58,738 bases of DNA from an uncultured cyanobacterium (GTDB lineage Bacteria > Cyanobacteriota > Cyanobacteriia > Cyanobacteriales > Microcystaceae), in the NCBI GenBank assembly GCA_963807635.1, contig CAWEDJ010000005.1:1-58738 (forward strand), read 5' to 3'. The notes below the pieces were generated by a model. It made no database searches. It saw nothing but the letters and a program-made list of their open reading frames with translations, and was not told where the DNA came from. This document shows, in pieces, positions 9,301 through 20,522 of the stretch (position 1 is the first letter of the stretch; each line of letters opens with the position of its first letter). Both the position numbers and the translations under genes were made by a program.

Positions 9301-12300
9301 TTAATCCTGGGATAGACTACATTGTTTCTTGGCATTCTCCAACGCTTCTTTCAATTCATTAATCCGAATCGGTTTACTGATATAGTCATTCATGCCAATT
9401 TCTAGGCACTTTTCGCGATCGCCCAGCATGGAATAGGCGGTCACCGCAATAATCCAAGGAGAAGTCCAACGGGAAGACCGCTCCCGAATCAAACGAGTGG
9501 CGGTGAGTCCATCCATTTCTGGCATTTCCACATCCATAAGAATGACATCATAATCTGCGTGTTCTAGGGCCTGTAGGACTTCTTCACCGTTACTGACTAC
9601 ATCGGCACGATAGCCAAATTTTTTCAGCAACAATAAAGCAACCTGCTGATTCACCGTATTATCTTCCGCTAAGAGAATCCGCAGAGGCGCGATCGCGGGT
9701 GGCTCCTTGGGACTATCAACCTTCATCGGTGGCTTCGGAGAAGGGTGAACAACTTGTTTGGGAGTATGACCCAACGTTTGCACTAGGGTATTGTAGAGAA
9801 CCAGAGGTTGAATAGGATTTTGCAACCAAGCCGCGAACTTGACATTCGTTTGCTGCAGCCGCTCTCCAGGAGACAAATAAACCCCCGTTAACATGATCAA
9901 AGGAATTGTCTGCATATTAGGCAAACTGCGAATAGCTTCTGCCAGACTAATTCCGTCCATTTCGGGCATATTTAAATCTACAATAATGAGATCAAAAGAT
10001 TCACCTGACTTGATCCATTTCAGCCCTTCATCAGGAGATTGGGTAATTTTTGTTTCAATTTCCCATTTTTTTAACCATTCATCCAGAAAATGACAATTGA
10101 CCGAGTTATCATCTACCACGAGGATTTGATAACCTTTTAAAGAGACTTTTTCTCCATTGTCGGTCGTAGGTTCTAAATAATCTTCAAAATTAGCGGTCTT
10201 AGCCCGAATTGTAAAGTAAAAAGTCGTCCCAGGAGTCTCCTCCGCTCTCTCAGAGTTCCAATGCTTCGGCGCATTGCCTGCCACTGATCCCCCACTTTCT
10301 ACCCAGATGTCTCCTCCCATGATTTTGCTCAAACGGGAAGAAATGGCTAAACCCAGTCCCGTTCCACCATATTTGCGGGTAATGGAAGTATTAACTTGAC
10401 TAAAGGCCTTAAACAAAGAATTTTGTTGTTGGGGCGTAATCCCAATCCCCGTATCTTGAACAGCAAACTGCAAGGTATAGGAATTGTCTGCTTCATTCCG
10501 CTCTGCAACAGAGACAAATACGGTTACACTGCCCTGTTCGGTAAATTTGACCGCATTACTCAGTAAATTGACTAAAATCTGTCGAAGTCGGGTCACATCT
10601 CCGACGATTAGACGTGGTATTTGGGGATGGCAACGATAAACTAACTCTAAATTTTTGTTACTGGCCTTGGGAATGACTAAATTGAGGGCTTCTTCCACAC
10701 ACACAGAAATTTCAAAGGGATGTTCTTCGAGTTCTAGCTTACCTGATTCAATTTTGGAAAAATCGAGGATATCGTTGATCAGAGTCAGCAGATTTTCTCC
10801 ACTGTTGCGGATAACTTCGGTGTAATACTGTTGTTGGGAAGTTAGCTCCGTATCTAGCATTAAGCCTGTCATGCCGATAATGGCATTCATGGGGGTGCGA
10901 ATTTCGTGACTCATGGTTGCCAGAAAATCACTCTTTGCTTGATTCGCAGCTTCGGCGGTATGGGTTGCAGTGGCTAATTCTTCGTTTTGTTCCGCTAACT
11001 GACGACGGATTTCCCGTTCTTTTTCGAGGGACTGGGCCTGGGCGAGGGCAATTCCCACCTGGGCGGCAACGGCTTCTAACAGTTCAATTTCATTATTTTC
11101 CCAATGGTGTTTTTTTTGACAATGATGAAGGGCAAGGAGTCCATTGGGTTTTCCCTGGTAGGAGGTGCGGACGGCGATGAGAGATTTTACCTTCAGTTGA
11201 CGCAAATGATGGTTGAGGAATGAATCATTGATAACACGGGGCTCGGTATCTAAGTCATCGCAACTAATAGATTGATCTTGGCTCAGAATTTGCTGAATAT
11301 AGTGACTTTGATGAAAGTGCAGTTCCATTTTTAGCATGGAGCCGGAGGTGGCAGTTAAGTATTCTGCGACACAACGAATATGGGGGTCGGGGTTTTCTAC
11401 ATAGGTATGAATTACACAACGATCTACTCCAAAGGTTTTGCCGATTTGGTTAACCGTTGTTTGAAAAATATGTTGACTGTCTAAGCTACTGCGAATTTCT
11501 TCGGTAATATTTTTGAGTAGAACTGTCCACTGTAATTTTTGTTCTAAGAGTCTTTCGGCTTGTTTTTTGGCTGAAATGTCTCGATAAAGCCACAGATGTC
11601 CGAAATAGTCTCCTTCAACAAAAATAGGGACATAATCCCGTTCAAAAACTTGCCCATTGCGTAACAAAATTTCTTCATTCGTAATAACTTCTCTCCTTTT
11701 GGCGATCGCGTCCAAGGATTGCTTAAATTGATGGGGATTGCTAAAAAGAGATTGAATTTGGGACGATAACAGACAAGCGCTTAACCCAACGAGATTTTCT
11801 GGAGCGGTCGTGATCCTAAACAAATGACAAAATTCGGGATTGACCAAAATAATGTTGCCCGATTCATTTTCGACCAGAACCCCTGCTTGCAAATTTTGGA
11901 GCAATGTACTTAAACGAGAAGTAGTTGTGCGAAGAATTTGTTCGGCTTGACGCAGGTCTGCTTCGTTTTTTTGTTGGACAATTAAGGCTTGCGCTAGGCG
12001 ATCGCGGGTTTGTTTCAATTCCAGATGGGTTTTGACCCTAGCCAATAATTCAGGAGGATTAAAGGGCTTGGTGACATAATCCACAGCCCCCCGTTCAAAG
12101 GCTTGTAAAAGATGAAGTTTCTTGCTACTTGCTGTCAGAAAGATCACGGGAATATCCGCCGTTTTAGGATTAGCTTTTAAACGGGAGCAAACCTCTAATC
12201 CGTCAATTTCAGGCATCATAAAATCCAAAAGAATCAAATCGGGGCGAGCCGACTCCACTCGATCCATCACATCTCGTCCCGCCGTCACAAAGGTTGTTCC

Positions 12301-12399
12301 ATAACCAAGGCTTTCCAATAATTCCGTAATGAGATGAATATTGCTAGAGATATCATCTACAATAAGAATAAGAAAATCTTCTGGGTTAAATAATTCCAT
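9301..12399 (-). CDS. Hybrid sensor histidine kinase (REC-PAS-GAF-HisKA-HATPase-REC-REC)
   Basis: [43 protein letters not shown], two C-terminal receiver domains. Confidence 0.95.
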   Translation of the reverse strand: MELFNPEDFLILIVDDISSNIHLITELLESLGYGTTFVTAGRDVMDRVESARPDLILLDFMMPEIDGLEVCSRLKANPKTADIPVIFLTASSKKLHLLQAFERGAVDYVTKPFNPPELLARVKTHLELKQTRDRLAQALIVQQKNEADLRQAEQILRTTTSRLSTLLQNLQAGVLVENESGNIILVNPEFCHLFRITTAPENLVGLSACLLSSQIQSLFSNPHQFKQSLDAIAKRREVITNEEILLRNGQVFERDYVPIFVEGDYFGHLWLYRDISAKKQAERLLEQKLQWTVLLKNITEEIRSSLDSQHIFQTTVNQIGKTFGVDRCVIHTYVENPDPHIRCVAEYLTATSGSMLKMELHFHQSHYIQQILSQDQSISCDDLDTEPRVINDSFLNHHLRQLKVKSLIAVRTSYQGKPNGLLALHHCQKKHHWENNEIELLEAVAAQVGIALAQAQSLEKEREIRRQLAEQNEELATATHTAEAANQAKSDFLATMSHEIRTPMNAIIGMTGLMLDTELTSQQQYYTEVIRNSGENLLTLINDILDFSKIESGKLELEEHPFEISVCVEEALNLVIPKASNKNLELVYRCHPQIPRLIVGDVTRLRQILVNLLSNAVKFTEQGSVTVFVSVAERNEADNSYTLQFAVQDTGIGITPQQQNSLFKAFSQVNTSITRKYGGTGLGLAISSRLSKIMGGDIWVESGGSVAGNAPKHWNSERAEETPGTTFYFTIRAKTANFEDYLEPTTDNGEKVSLKGYQILVVDDNSVNCHFLDEWLKKWEIETKITQSPDEGLKWIKSGESFDLIIVDLNMPEMDGISLAEAIRSLPNMQTIPLIMLTGVYLSPGERLQQTNVKFAAWLQNPIQPLVLYNTLVQTLGHTPKQVVHPSPKPPMKVDSPKEPPAIAPLRILLAEDNTVNQQVALLLLKKFGYRADVVSNGEEVLQALEHADYDVILMDVEMPEMDGLTATRLIRERSSRWTSPWIIAVTAYSMLGDREKCLEIGMNDYISKPIRINELKEALENAKKQCSLSQD

Positions 12400-12918
12400 T
12401 TTTCAAAAAAATCTCAATTTAAACGACTTTACTCAATCAGAAATAATTGTTTATTAACCAATACCTCTAGAAAATAGACTTCTTTTTCCTACCGATTAAA
12501 GACTTATTTTTTGTTAATTTAGTATATCGTTAGAGTAGTGGTCAAAGACACAAATGCAAGCATGATAAAAAATTTAATGGATTCCAACTCTGCGGGGTAA
12601 TTAAAATAATAGCGTTTAAGATGAAAATAAGTCTAATAAAATTCTAAAATTTTGTTTGAGCTTAGTATATTTTTATTGCTTGATTGTAAAGAAGACCCCC
12701 GCAAACTGGGAGTCTCACCATTTATCCCACCCTATTAGCGGAATATCAGACCCTTGGGCAAAAGACTATTGTGAAAATCAGAGAAACTTTTCTTAAAACA
12801 GAATCGAACGGTTTTTGGTTTTTCCGTAATATTACTGACTTATCTTTTTCGGATAATCTAAATAAAGTGACTGACAGAAAAAGAACCAGTGTTTTTACTG
12901 AAAGACAATAAAAAAATC

Positions 12919-12952
12919 TTTCCTTCTTCGCTGAATCTTAGGAAGAAGGAAA
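12919..12952. other. Intergenic stem-loop (11-bp perfect stem), possible terminator or processing site
   Basis: TTTCCTTCTTC-N12-GAAGAAGGAAA. Confidence 0.4.
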
Positions 12953-13173
12953 AATGTCAGAAGAAGACCTAAACAACCTTCAATAATGCTGAAAGTTCCT
13001 GTCTGTATTAAACTAAAGTCCCATTAATAGAACAAGAGGAAAAAGTAGGGTCTTGATCAGGTGAAAATTTCAATTCACAATCAATTTGTCGGAAAAAGTC
13101 GGAAAAAGTAGGTTTATGTTAGGGAAAGCTCCCAAAATAGGGGACGGTTGCCCCACTCATTAACCAGCAATAA

Positions 13174-15003
13174 CTAGAAATTGGTATGGTTGGCGATCGC
13201 GGCTTGAATTTTTTCCATCACCTCAGCAACGGAAATCATGCCCAATTCCCCAGAAGCTCTGGTTCTCACACTTAAACTATTAGATTCGAGTTCTTTTGCC
13301 CCAATAACCGACATAATCGGAATTTTTTGGGTTTCAGCATTGCGAATCATTTTGCCTAAGCGTTCCCCACTGGTATCGACTTCTGCCCGAATACCCTGCG
13401 ATCGCAATTGACTAGCCACCGATTGAGCATAATCCAATTGCACATCACTCACAGGTAACAAACGAATTTGAATAGGAGCCAACCAAAGCGGAAAATCTCC
13501 CACATATTCTTCGATTAAAATACCAATTAACCGTTCCAAGGAACCAAAGGGCGCACGGTGAATCATTACAGGACGCTGGCGAGATCCATCATTCGCTGTG
13601 TATTCCAAATCAAAACGTTCAGGCAAATTATAATCAACCTGCACCGTTCCCAATTGCCATTCCCGTTCCAGGGCATCTTGGAAAATAAAATCTAATTTCG
13701 GGCCATAGAAAGCCGCTTCTCCAGGAGCTTCAAAATAATCCATGCCCAGGGTTTGCACTGCTCGACGAATCGCGCCCTCTGCCTTTTGCCAAGCTTCATC
13801 AGATCCAATATATTTATCCGATTCAGGATCACGAAAGGATAGCCGAGCTTTAAAATTCTTGAGTTGTAAACTCTTGAAAACGGTCAGAATTAAATCCACT
13901 ACGTTCAGAAATTCTGCATCTAATTGTTCAGGAGTAACAAATAAGTGGGAATCATCCACCGTAAAGCCCCGTACACGGGTTAAACCGCCTAATTCTCCTG
14001 ATTGCTCGTAGCGATAAACCGTCCCAAATTCTGCTAAACGTAGGGGCAAATCCCGATAGGAACGCAATTCGTTTTTGTAAATTTGAATATGGAACGGGCA
14101 ATTCATCGGTTTTAGGACAAATCCCTGCTCTAACTGGGCAGATTTTTCGTCTTCCGCCATCATGGGAAACATATCTTCTTTGTACTTTTGCCAATGACCA
14201 GAGGTTTTAAATAAATCAACCCTGGCAATGTGGGGTGTAACAACGGCTAAATAACCCCGTTTAATCTGCTCCTGTTTCAAGAAATCTTCTAATAAAGTCC
14301 GAATAACGGTTCCTTTGGGAGTCCAAAGCGGTAGGCCTGGCCCCACATCGTCGGAAAAGAGAAATAATCCCAGTTGTTTGCCTAATTTACGGTGATCCCG
14401 CTTTAATGCTTCTTCCTTGCGGCGTTTATATTCGGCCAATTGCTCAGGGGTTTCCCAGGCGGTTCCATAAATTCTTTGCAGTTGGGCTTTGGTTGAATCT
14501 CCCCGCCAGTAAGCTCCTGCGACACTTTCTAGCTCGATCGCCTTGGGATTAATTTCTGAGGTACTTTCCAAATGAGGCCCCGCGCAGAGATCCCACCATT
14601 TATCACCTAAATGATAGAGAGTAATCGGTTCTTGAATCCCTGCTAAGATTTCCAGCTTGTAGGGTTCATTAATAGCTTGAATGCGAGTTTCTGCTTCCGT
14701 GCGGCTCACTTCTTCACGCAGGACAGGCAGTTTTTGATTAATAATTTTAATCATTTCCTTTTTAATAGCCTTGAGATCCGCTTCTGTAAAGGGATCGGGG
14801 CTATCAAAATCGTAATAAAATCCGTTTTCTGTCCAGGGGCCAATGGTTACTTGCGCCTTGGGAAAAAGTTTTTGGACTGCCATTGCCAATACATGGGAAG
14901 TCGTGTGGCGAATGCGTTTGAGCTTGTCCGATTCACTGGTACGGGGCAGTTTGATGGGAGGGGTTTCGTCTTGGGACGCGATCGCAGTTACTTGGTTAAC
15001 CAT
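13174..15003 (-). CDS. thrS: Threonine--tRNA ligase
   Basis: IRHTTSHVLA, DLCAGPH, RDHRKLG, KPMNCPFH, HRAPFGSLER. Confidence 0.98.
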   Translation of the reverse strand: MVNQVTAIASQDETPPIKLPRTSESDKLKRIRHTTSHVLAMAVQKLFPKAQVTIGPWTENGFYYDFDSPDPFTEADLKAIKKEMIKIINQKLPVLREEVSRTEAETRIQAINEPYKLEILAGIQEPITLYHLGDKWWDLCAGPHLESTSEINPKAIELESVAGAYWRGDSTKAQLQRIYGTAWETPEQLAEYKRRKEEALKRDHRKLGKQLGLFLFSDDVGPGLPLWTPKGTVIRTLLEDFLKQEQIKRGYLAVVTPHIARVDLFKTSGHWQKYKEDMFPMMAEDEKSAQLEQGFVLKPMNCPFHIQIYKNELRSYRDLPLRLAEFGTVYRYEQSGELGGLTRVRGFTVDDSHLFVTPEQLDAEFLNVVDLILTVFKSLQLKNFKARLSFRDPESDKYIGSDEAWQKAEGAIRRAVQTLGMDYFEAPGEAAFYGPKLDFIFQDALEREWQLGTVQVDYNLPERFDLEYTANDGSRQRPVMIHRAPFGSLERLIGILIEEYVGDFPLWLAPIQIRLLPVSDVQLDYAQSVASQLRSQGIRAEVDTSGERLGKMIRNAETQKIPIMSVIGAKELESNSLSVRTRASGELGMISVAEVMEKIQAAIANHTNF

Positions 15004-15151
15004 TGCGGAAAATTTTATCTCAACACATTTTTCTACAGGTCTATCATCTTATCCTACTGTGATGGTGATGACGCACTCCCAATCTAAATAAAGTTAAGAG
15101 ATTTTTCACTGATTACTGCGATCGCTGAACGGTTACTGAAGGTAAAATATT

Positions 15152-15540
15152 ATGTTATCCCTAAGAGAGTTTCAAGCAAGTATAGCCAGTCTAAATGAGA
15201 TGTGAACAGGCAACAGATGAAATCGTTTAATTTCCAAAAGCTCAATTAGCTTCTCTCTATGACTTCTGTTAGAAATAAAGAATAAGTCAAAAGAGCTTGG
15301 AGTTTTCACAATTGATTTAGGTTCGTTATACACTTGCTCCCCGATGCCAAATTGTCTCATTCGGGAGAAATTCGTAAATTACAATCTAACGATTTGTATT
15401 GCTATCCTGCTGATAACTTGAGAATTATTTTGTCTAAAAATGACGCTGGATGGGTTGTCGAAGACATTATGGATCAAGATAAATATCACCGTTTAGGTCT
15501 GGAAAATAAATATCGTCGTTTAGAACTAGAGAACGGATAG
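15152..15540 (+). pseudogene. Small gene, possibly RelE/ParE-like, apparently interrupted by the MITE
   Basis: The 3' ORF reads IRKLQSNDLY...LRIILS...VEDIMDQD. ATG at 15152 joins it in frame if the MITE is removed and one TATA is kept. Confidence 0.4.
15181..15330. mobile_element. ~150-bp TA-flanked MITE-like element
   Basis: Left end TATAGCCAGTCTAAATGAGATGTGAA vs right end (reverse complement) TATAACGAACCTAAATCAATTGTGAA: 19/26 identical. Confidence 0.7.
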
Positions 15541-15693
15541 AACTAGGATTGATTAAATTTTTATTTAACGACTCGTTATAATGTTTGAAATTAAAGTGTC
15601 GTTTAAAAATAGCGATCGCGTGGGGAATCTTTCTCATTTTACTGATTCTGTTTTATAGTTTGGATACATCAATTTTTTTAAGGAGATTAAATC

Positions 15694-16605
15694 ATGTTGA
15701 ATAAAACTTTTTTGAAAATCAGCGCGATCGCGGGAATCGGAGTCATCGCAACGGCAAGTATGGCCAACTCCCAAACCAAAGAACTGACGGGAACCCTGAA
15801 AAAAATCAAGGATTCAGGCGTAATTGTGCTGGGTGTAAGGGAATCGTCTATTCCGTTTTCCTATTTGAACGATCAGCAAAAACCCATTGGGTATTCCATT
15901 GATTTGTGCATGAAAGTAGTTGATTCGGTCAAAAAACAACTAAAAATGCCAAAACTTCAGGTTAAAACTAATCCTGTTACCTCCCAAACCCGTATTCCCT
16001 TGATGACCAATGGAACCATTGATCTAGAATGTGGCTCTACCACCAACAGTGTAGAACGCCAAAAACAAGTGGCTTTTAGTGTCGCGCCTTTTGTGACTTC
16101 GGTACGGATGGCAGTCAAAAAAGATTCAGGAATTAAAAATCTTTCCGATCTGGATGGAAAAGCCGTTGTTACCACCACAGGAACCACTTCTGATCGCTAT
16201 ATCAAACAAAACGAAAAAGGACAAAAAATTAATGTGAAAAATCTCTACGGTAAAGACCATGCTGAATCCTTTTTGATGTTGGAATCGGGACGGGCTAGTG
16301 CTTTTGTGATGGATGATGTCTTGCTGGCTGGTTTAATTGCCCAATCGAAAAATCCGAAAGCTTTCGCGATCGTGGGGCCAGCTTTATCGGTTGAACCCTA
16401 TGGTCTGATGTTCCGCAAAGATGATCCCCAGTTTAAAGCGGTTGTCGATGGTTCTCTCAAGAATTTGATGAAAACAGGAGAAATTAATAAAATTTACGCT
16501 AAATGGTTCACTAAACCCATTCCTCCTAAAAATGTCAATCTCAATTTACCCATGAGTCCCAAGTTAAAAGAAGCCATTAAAAACCCAACGGATAAAGGGG
16601 TTTAA
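15694..16605 (+). CDS. gltI: Glutamate/aspartate ABC transporter substrate-binding protein
   Basis: Signal peptide; GTLKKIKDSGVIVLGVRESSIPFSY, DLECGSTTN, GKDHAESF; RBS AAGGAG. Confidence 0.85.
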   Translation: MLNKTFLKISAIAGIGVIATASMANSQTKELTGTLKKIKDSGVIVLGVRESSIPFSYLNDQQKPIGYSIDLCMKVVDSVKKQLKMPKLQVKTNPVTSQTRIPLMTNGTIDLECGSTTNSVERQKQVAFSVAPFVTSVRMAVKKDSGIKNLSDLDGKAVVTTTGTTSDRYIKQNEKGQKINVKNLYGKDHAESFLMLESGRASAFVMDDVLLAGLIAQSKNPKAFAIVGPALSVEPYGLMFRKDDPQFKAVVDGSLKNLMKTGEINKIYAKWFTKPIPPKNVNLNLPMSPKLKEAIKNPTDKGV

Positions 16606-16642
16606 ATTTAAATTAAATTCTCTTTTTTGATGAAAAATCTCC

Positions 16643-17380
16643 ATGAATAGCTATAACTGGAACTGGCTTGTTTTTTTCGAGGAAGTGGCAACGGGGGACG
16701 AAAAATATTATCAGTGGATTCTCTCAGGTTTGCTCTGGACGATCGCAACTTCCCTGTCCGCTTGGGTCATCGCGCTCATTCTCGGTGTCATTGTCGGGGT
16801 GATACGAACCTTACCGAATAAAGGACTCGTTTTATTGGGAGATAGCTATGTGGAGATTTTTCGCAATATTCCCTTAATTGTGCAGATGTTTCTCTGGTTT
16901 TTCGTTTTGCCTGAACTGGTTCCGTCAAATTTGGGAGATTGGATAAAGCAGGATTTGCCCCTTCCTGAATTTACAACGGCGGTGATTAGTCTGGCTTTTT
17001 TCACCTCAGCACGGATTGCCGAACAGGTGAAAGCGGGAATTTTATCCCTTCCCGTTGGACAAAAAGGTGCAGGACTGGCGATCGGGTTTACCTTGCCCCA
17101 GGTCTATTGTTATGTGTTGTTGCCCGTTGCTTTTCGGATTATGATCCCGCCTTTGACCAGTGAATTAATGAATATTTTCAAAAATTCTTCGGTAGCCTTA
17201 ACCATTGGGATGTTGGAACTCACCGCAGTGGCCAAACAAATGAATGAATATACATTTCAAGGGTTTGAGGTGTTTACGGTGGTGACCATTCTCTATATTA
17301 TTGTGGCTTTTACGGCGAATCGTTTGATGGCGTTGATTGAATATAAAACCCAAATTCCAGGGTATCTAAAGGGGCGTTAA
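16643..17380 (+). CDS. gltJ: Amino acid ABC transporter permease
   Basis: YNWNW..F, YVEIFRNIPLIVQMF, AEQVKAGI, IFKNSSVA. Confidence 0.8.
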   Translation: MNSYNWNWLVFFEEVATGDEKYYQWILSGLLWTIATSLSAWVIALILGVIVGVIRTLPNKGLVLLGDSYVEIFRNIPLIVQMFLWFFVLPELVPSNLGDWIKQDLPLPEFTTAVISLAFFTSARIAEQVKAGILSLPVGQKGAGLAIGFTLPQVYCYVLLPVAFRIMIPPLTSELMNIFKNSSVALTIGMLELTAVAKQMNEYTFQGFEVFTVVTILYIIVAFTANRLMALIEYKTQIPGYLKGR

Positions 17381-17382
17381 TC

Positions 17383-18070
17383 ATGGACGATTTTGATTTT
17401 GATGTGATTGGGCGATCGCTCCCCTATCTTTGGAAGGGAATGCGATATACCCTAACTCTGACCTTGACGGCCATGACGGGGGGAATTATTTTCGGTTCTC
17501 TGTTGGCAATGGCCAGACTTTCGAGCATTAAGCCCCTAGTCTTAGTGGCAACCGTCTATGTAAATTTGATGCGATCAATTCCCCTAGTATTAGTTATTTT
17601 TTGGTTTTATTTTTTGGTTCCCCTCCTGGGTCAATGGTTGACGACTTCTGAGACTCCCATCACCGTTGGCCCTGATCAAACTGCTTTAATTAGTTTTACT
17701 CTCTTTGAAATTGCTTATTACTGCGAAATTATTCGGGCAGGTATTCAATCGATTCCTACAGGACAGGTTTCTGCGGCAAGGCGATCGGCTTTACCTATTC
17801 CCAACAAATGTTATACGTGATTTTACCCCAGGCGTTTCGCAATATGTTACCTGTTTTATTGACCCAAACGATTGTTTTATTTCAGGATACTTCTTTGGTG
17901 TATGTGATTTCGGGAACGGATTTTTTAGGGGCGGCTTCTAAAATTGCTCAACGGGATAGTCGTTTAATTGAAATGTATAGTTTTGTAGCAGTTATTTATT
18001 TTTTGATTAGTTTTAGTTTGTCCCAAGTAGTTAAACGAATGCAAGCAAAAACAACCCTTGCTCGTTCATA
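17383..18070 (+). CDS. gltK: Amino acid ABC transporter permease (frameshift at ~17777)
   Basis: FDFDVI, RSIPLVLVIFWFY, AYYCEIIRAGIQSI, then VILPQAFRNMLP, FQDTSLVYV; one missing base joins the two ORFs. Confidence 0.8.
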
Positions 18071-18113
18071 AAATTGGGCGATCGCGGCTCTCTTTCTTTT
18101 TTTTAAGGCAAAA

Positions 18114-18824
18114 TTAGTCCAGATTATAGGCAAAGAAATTTCCTAAAATAGCTGAAAACTTAGGGGCAGGATGGGGTAAAAATTCTACTTGAAAACGTAA
18201 CCCAGTCAAGAAATCTGCCAAGGTTCCCACCGAATATTGATCATAGCCTTCAACCTGGGCGATCGCGGGCAGATCGACTAAATGATATTCTCCCGTAATA
18301 AAGCGAACTTGCTTAAGTTTTTGAGACGTTAATAGTACCGGAAATTCACTGCCCTCACAATCGATTTTCAAAATATCAACGGTTTCATCTCCAATAACAC
18401 TATCTAGAGCAATCGTTTCTACTCCTTCTCCTTGCGCCCCAAAAACCGAAGGCGTTCCCGTATTCATCGTGCCTGGGTCAACAACATCGGGGCCATCCAG
18501 GTGCATTTCAGAAAATTCCGTTAAAAAGAGTTTTTCATTAACTAATCTATCAGATCGCCAAACGGCTTTATTAATCAAAGAAACAGAAGTACGGGCAAGG
18601 TTGGATTTTGCTAATTCATAGCTTTCTTTATTCGGTTCAAAAGCGGTGATATTTCGCGCACCTCTTTGCCAACACAGATGAGAAAATAAACCAATGTGAC
18701 CCCCCACATCAATAATGCGACTTTCTGGACTCAGGCGATCGGGAATGCGATATTCATTTTCTTCCCAAATCGTTCTTTGAAAAATCCCATCAATCGTATT
18801 GGGTCGCAGTTGAAACTCTGACAT
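18114..18824 (-). CDS. FkbM family methyltransferase
   Basis: IIDVGGHIG, AFEPN, LKIDCEGSE. Confidence 0.88.
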   Translation of the reverse strand: MSEFQLRPNTIDGIFQRTIWEENEYRIPDRLSPESRIIDVGGHIGLFSHLCWQRGARNITAFEPNKESYELAKSNLARTSVSLINKAVWRSDRLVNEKLFLTEFSEMHLDGPDVVDPGTMNTGTPSVFGAQGEGVETIALDSVIGDETVDILKIDCEGSEFPVLLTSQKLKQVRFITGEYHLVDLPAIAQVEGYDQYSVGTLADFLTGLRFQVEFLPHPAPKFSAILGNFFAYNLD

Positions 18825-19028
18825 TTGAAATAGTCCTTTTTTTGGAATTGAATTTATATCATATTTGTTAACCCAAATTAGGGAAGAAAAAGCCCCTGGT
18901 GTCTTTCCTTGTTTCGACTCCAGAAGCTCTTTTTGTTTTTACTCCTCACACACGTTTCCTTGTTGACGAAGATCGGAATAAAAAGTTTCTTCACAAAAGA
19001 CAATTTTTGGATAAATTGGATAAGTTGA

Positions 19029-19337
19029 TCAGCGATCGCGTTGATAGTCTTCTAGGAGACTTAATAAATTGGCTTGGGAAGTCGCGGGAATGAGATCAGC
19101 TAGGGAAACCTTTAATTTACCGCCGCCCAGGGGAACGGAAATATTTTGCAAGATAGACGCGATCGCCCCTGCACTGAGTTCATCATCCTCTAGGAGGGGA
19201 TAAATCTGTTCAGCAACGGTGGTATGTAAATGGGCTTCTGCTAAAAAAAGATGCCATTTGGCAACATCAATATAAACTTGCTCACCAATTTCGGCGGCAA
19301 GAGCTTCGATGGTTTGGGTAGAAGGAGTATTAGCCAT
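19029..19337 (-). CDS. DUF3181 family protein
   Basis: IEALAAEIGEQVYIDVAKWHLFL...LGGG. Confidence 0.85.
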   Translation of the reverse strand: MANTPSTQTIEALAAEIGEQVYIDVAKWHLFLAEAHLHTTVAEQIYPLLEDDELSAGAIASILQNISVPLGGGKLKVSLADLIPATSQANLLSLLEDYQRDR

Positions 19338-19581
19338 TGGATTTTAGGGAATAATCGGCGATTAGAGTGATATAAATCAAATGAATTAGCAGTAAACCCA
19401 ACCAAATGCCACTAAAACCAACTAACCAAGGCCATTCTGCTTGCTTGAGATTATGAACAAACCAAAACCCAGAATTAGTTGCGAGAAATATGCCAACATG
19501 AACCGCAAAATTCATGCGATCATCTAAACGGCGATAGTCGGGATCTTTGCGATCGGGTTCACGGGGCCAACGAGGAGGCAT
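19330..19581 (-). CDS. 2TM domain protein
   Basis: MPPRWPREPDR...YRRLDDRMNFAVH followed by two TM segments. Confidence 0.85.
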   Translation of the reverse strand: MPPRWPREPDRKDPDYRRLDDRMNFAVHVGIFLATNSGFWFVHNLKQAEWPWLVGFSGIWLGLLLIHLIYITLIADYSLKSNG

Positions 19582-19794
19582 AGGAGAAAATTCTGCTTAA
19601 TGTGCTGAAAGTGGATAATATTTATTTATATTATAATCATAATAGTCGTTATCTCTAGGATGAATACATTAATTTTCAGAGATTAATCAATAGCATTGCT
19701 AATAAAAAAAGACTATAACCTAATCCCAATTCAATTAGATTTTAACAATTCATTTTTATTCTAAATCTTCTATAAAATTTTATATTTTTGTGAC

Positions 19795-20382
19795 TTAACT
19801 AAGATTTTTATTAGATGGCTTAATATTTTCTTGAGGATTAAAGGATAAAGCGGGGAAATCATGTTGAGCATGATGCAGGGAAACGCCCAATTTTTTGGAA
19901 ATCCAGACTTCTAGATTCCGAAGCGAATAGGAAGGGGCAGCACTCCCCAGTTCGACCATTGGTTCTACCAGAATAGTGAACATTCCTAATCTATTTCCCG
20001 CTAAAACATCCGTAAATAGGCGATCGCCAACCATTGCCACCTGGGAAACTGGCAGATCCATGTGTTGAACGGCATGACGTAATTTTCGACGAGAGGGCTT
20101 CCCTGCACCGAAAAGATAGGGAAGATCCACCGATTTTGCGATGCGGCCAATACGATTTTCACTGATATTATTACTAACCAACCAAATCGGCAGAATCGGA
20201 CGAATTTCCGCTAACCAGTCGTGCAATTCCTCAGAAACATCGGTTTCCTTGAAAGAAACCAGGGTTTCATCCACATCCAGCACCAATCCTTTGAGATGGT
20301 AAAACCGTAAAATTTCTGGACTCAGATGGGTAATGGTTTTCCCTAAAGTCAAATCAGGCTGGAGTAGTTTTGCCTTAGTCAT
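19795..20382 (-). CDS. YqeG family HAD IIIA phosphatase
   Basis: LDVDETLV, LVSNN, AGKP, MVGDRLFTDVLAGNR. Confidence 0.92.
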   Translation of the reverse strand: MTKAKLLQPDLTLGKTITHLSPEILRFYHLKGLVLDVDETLVSFKETDVSEELHDWLAEIRPILPIWLVSNNISENRIGRIAKSVDLPYLFGAGKPSRRKLRHAVQHMDLPVSQVAMVGDRLFTDVLAGNRLGMFTILVEPMVELGSAAPSYSLRNLEVWISKKLGVSLHHAQHDFPALSFNPQENIKPSNKNLS

Positions 20383-20522
20383 GGCAGTATTAATGAAATA
20401 AAAATTAATTCTTTAAGCACGCTTAGATTCCCATGATACTCGAAAGATGGCGTAGGGTTCATAAAAATCATCAAAATACTCGATAAAGCCAGATTTTTAC
20501 CAATCAGGAAATATTCTTCAAG

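Noticed and set aside
12400..13173. Long AT-rich intergenic region as an sRNA or riboswitch locus; 10-bp tandem GTCGGAAAAA at 13088-13107
   Set aside because: I see only isolated hairpins and a short duplication, with no recognisable RNA family motif. An sRNA cannot be excluded without expression data.
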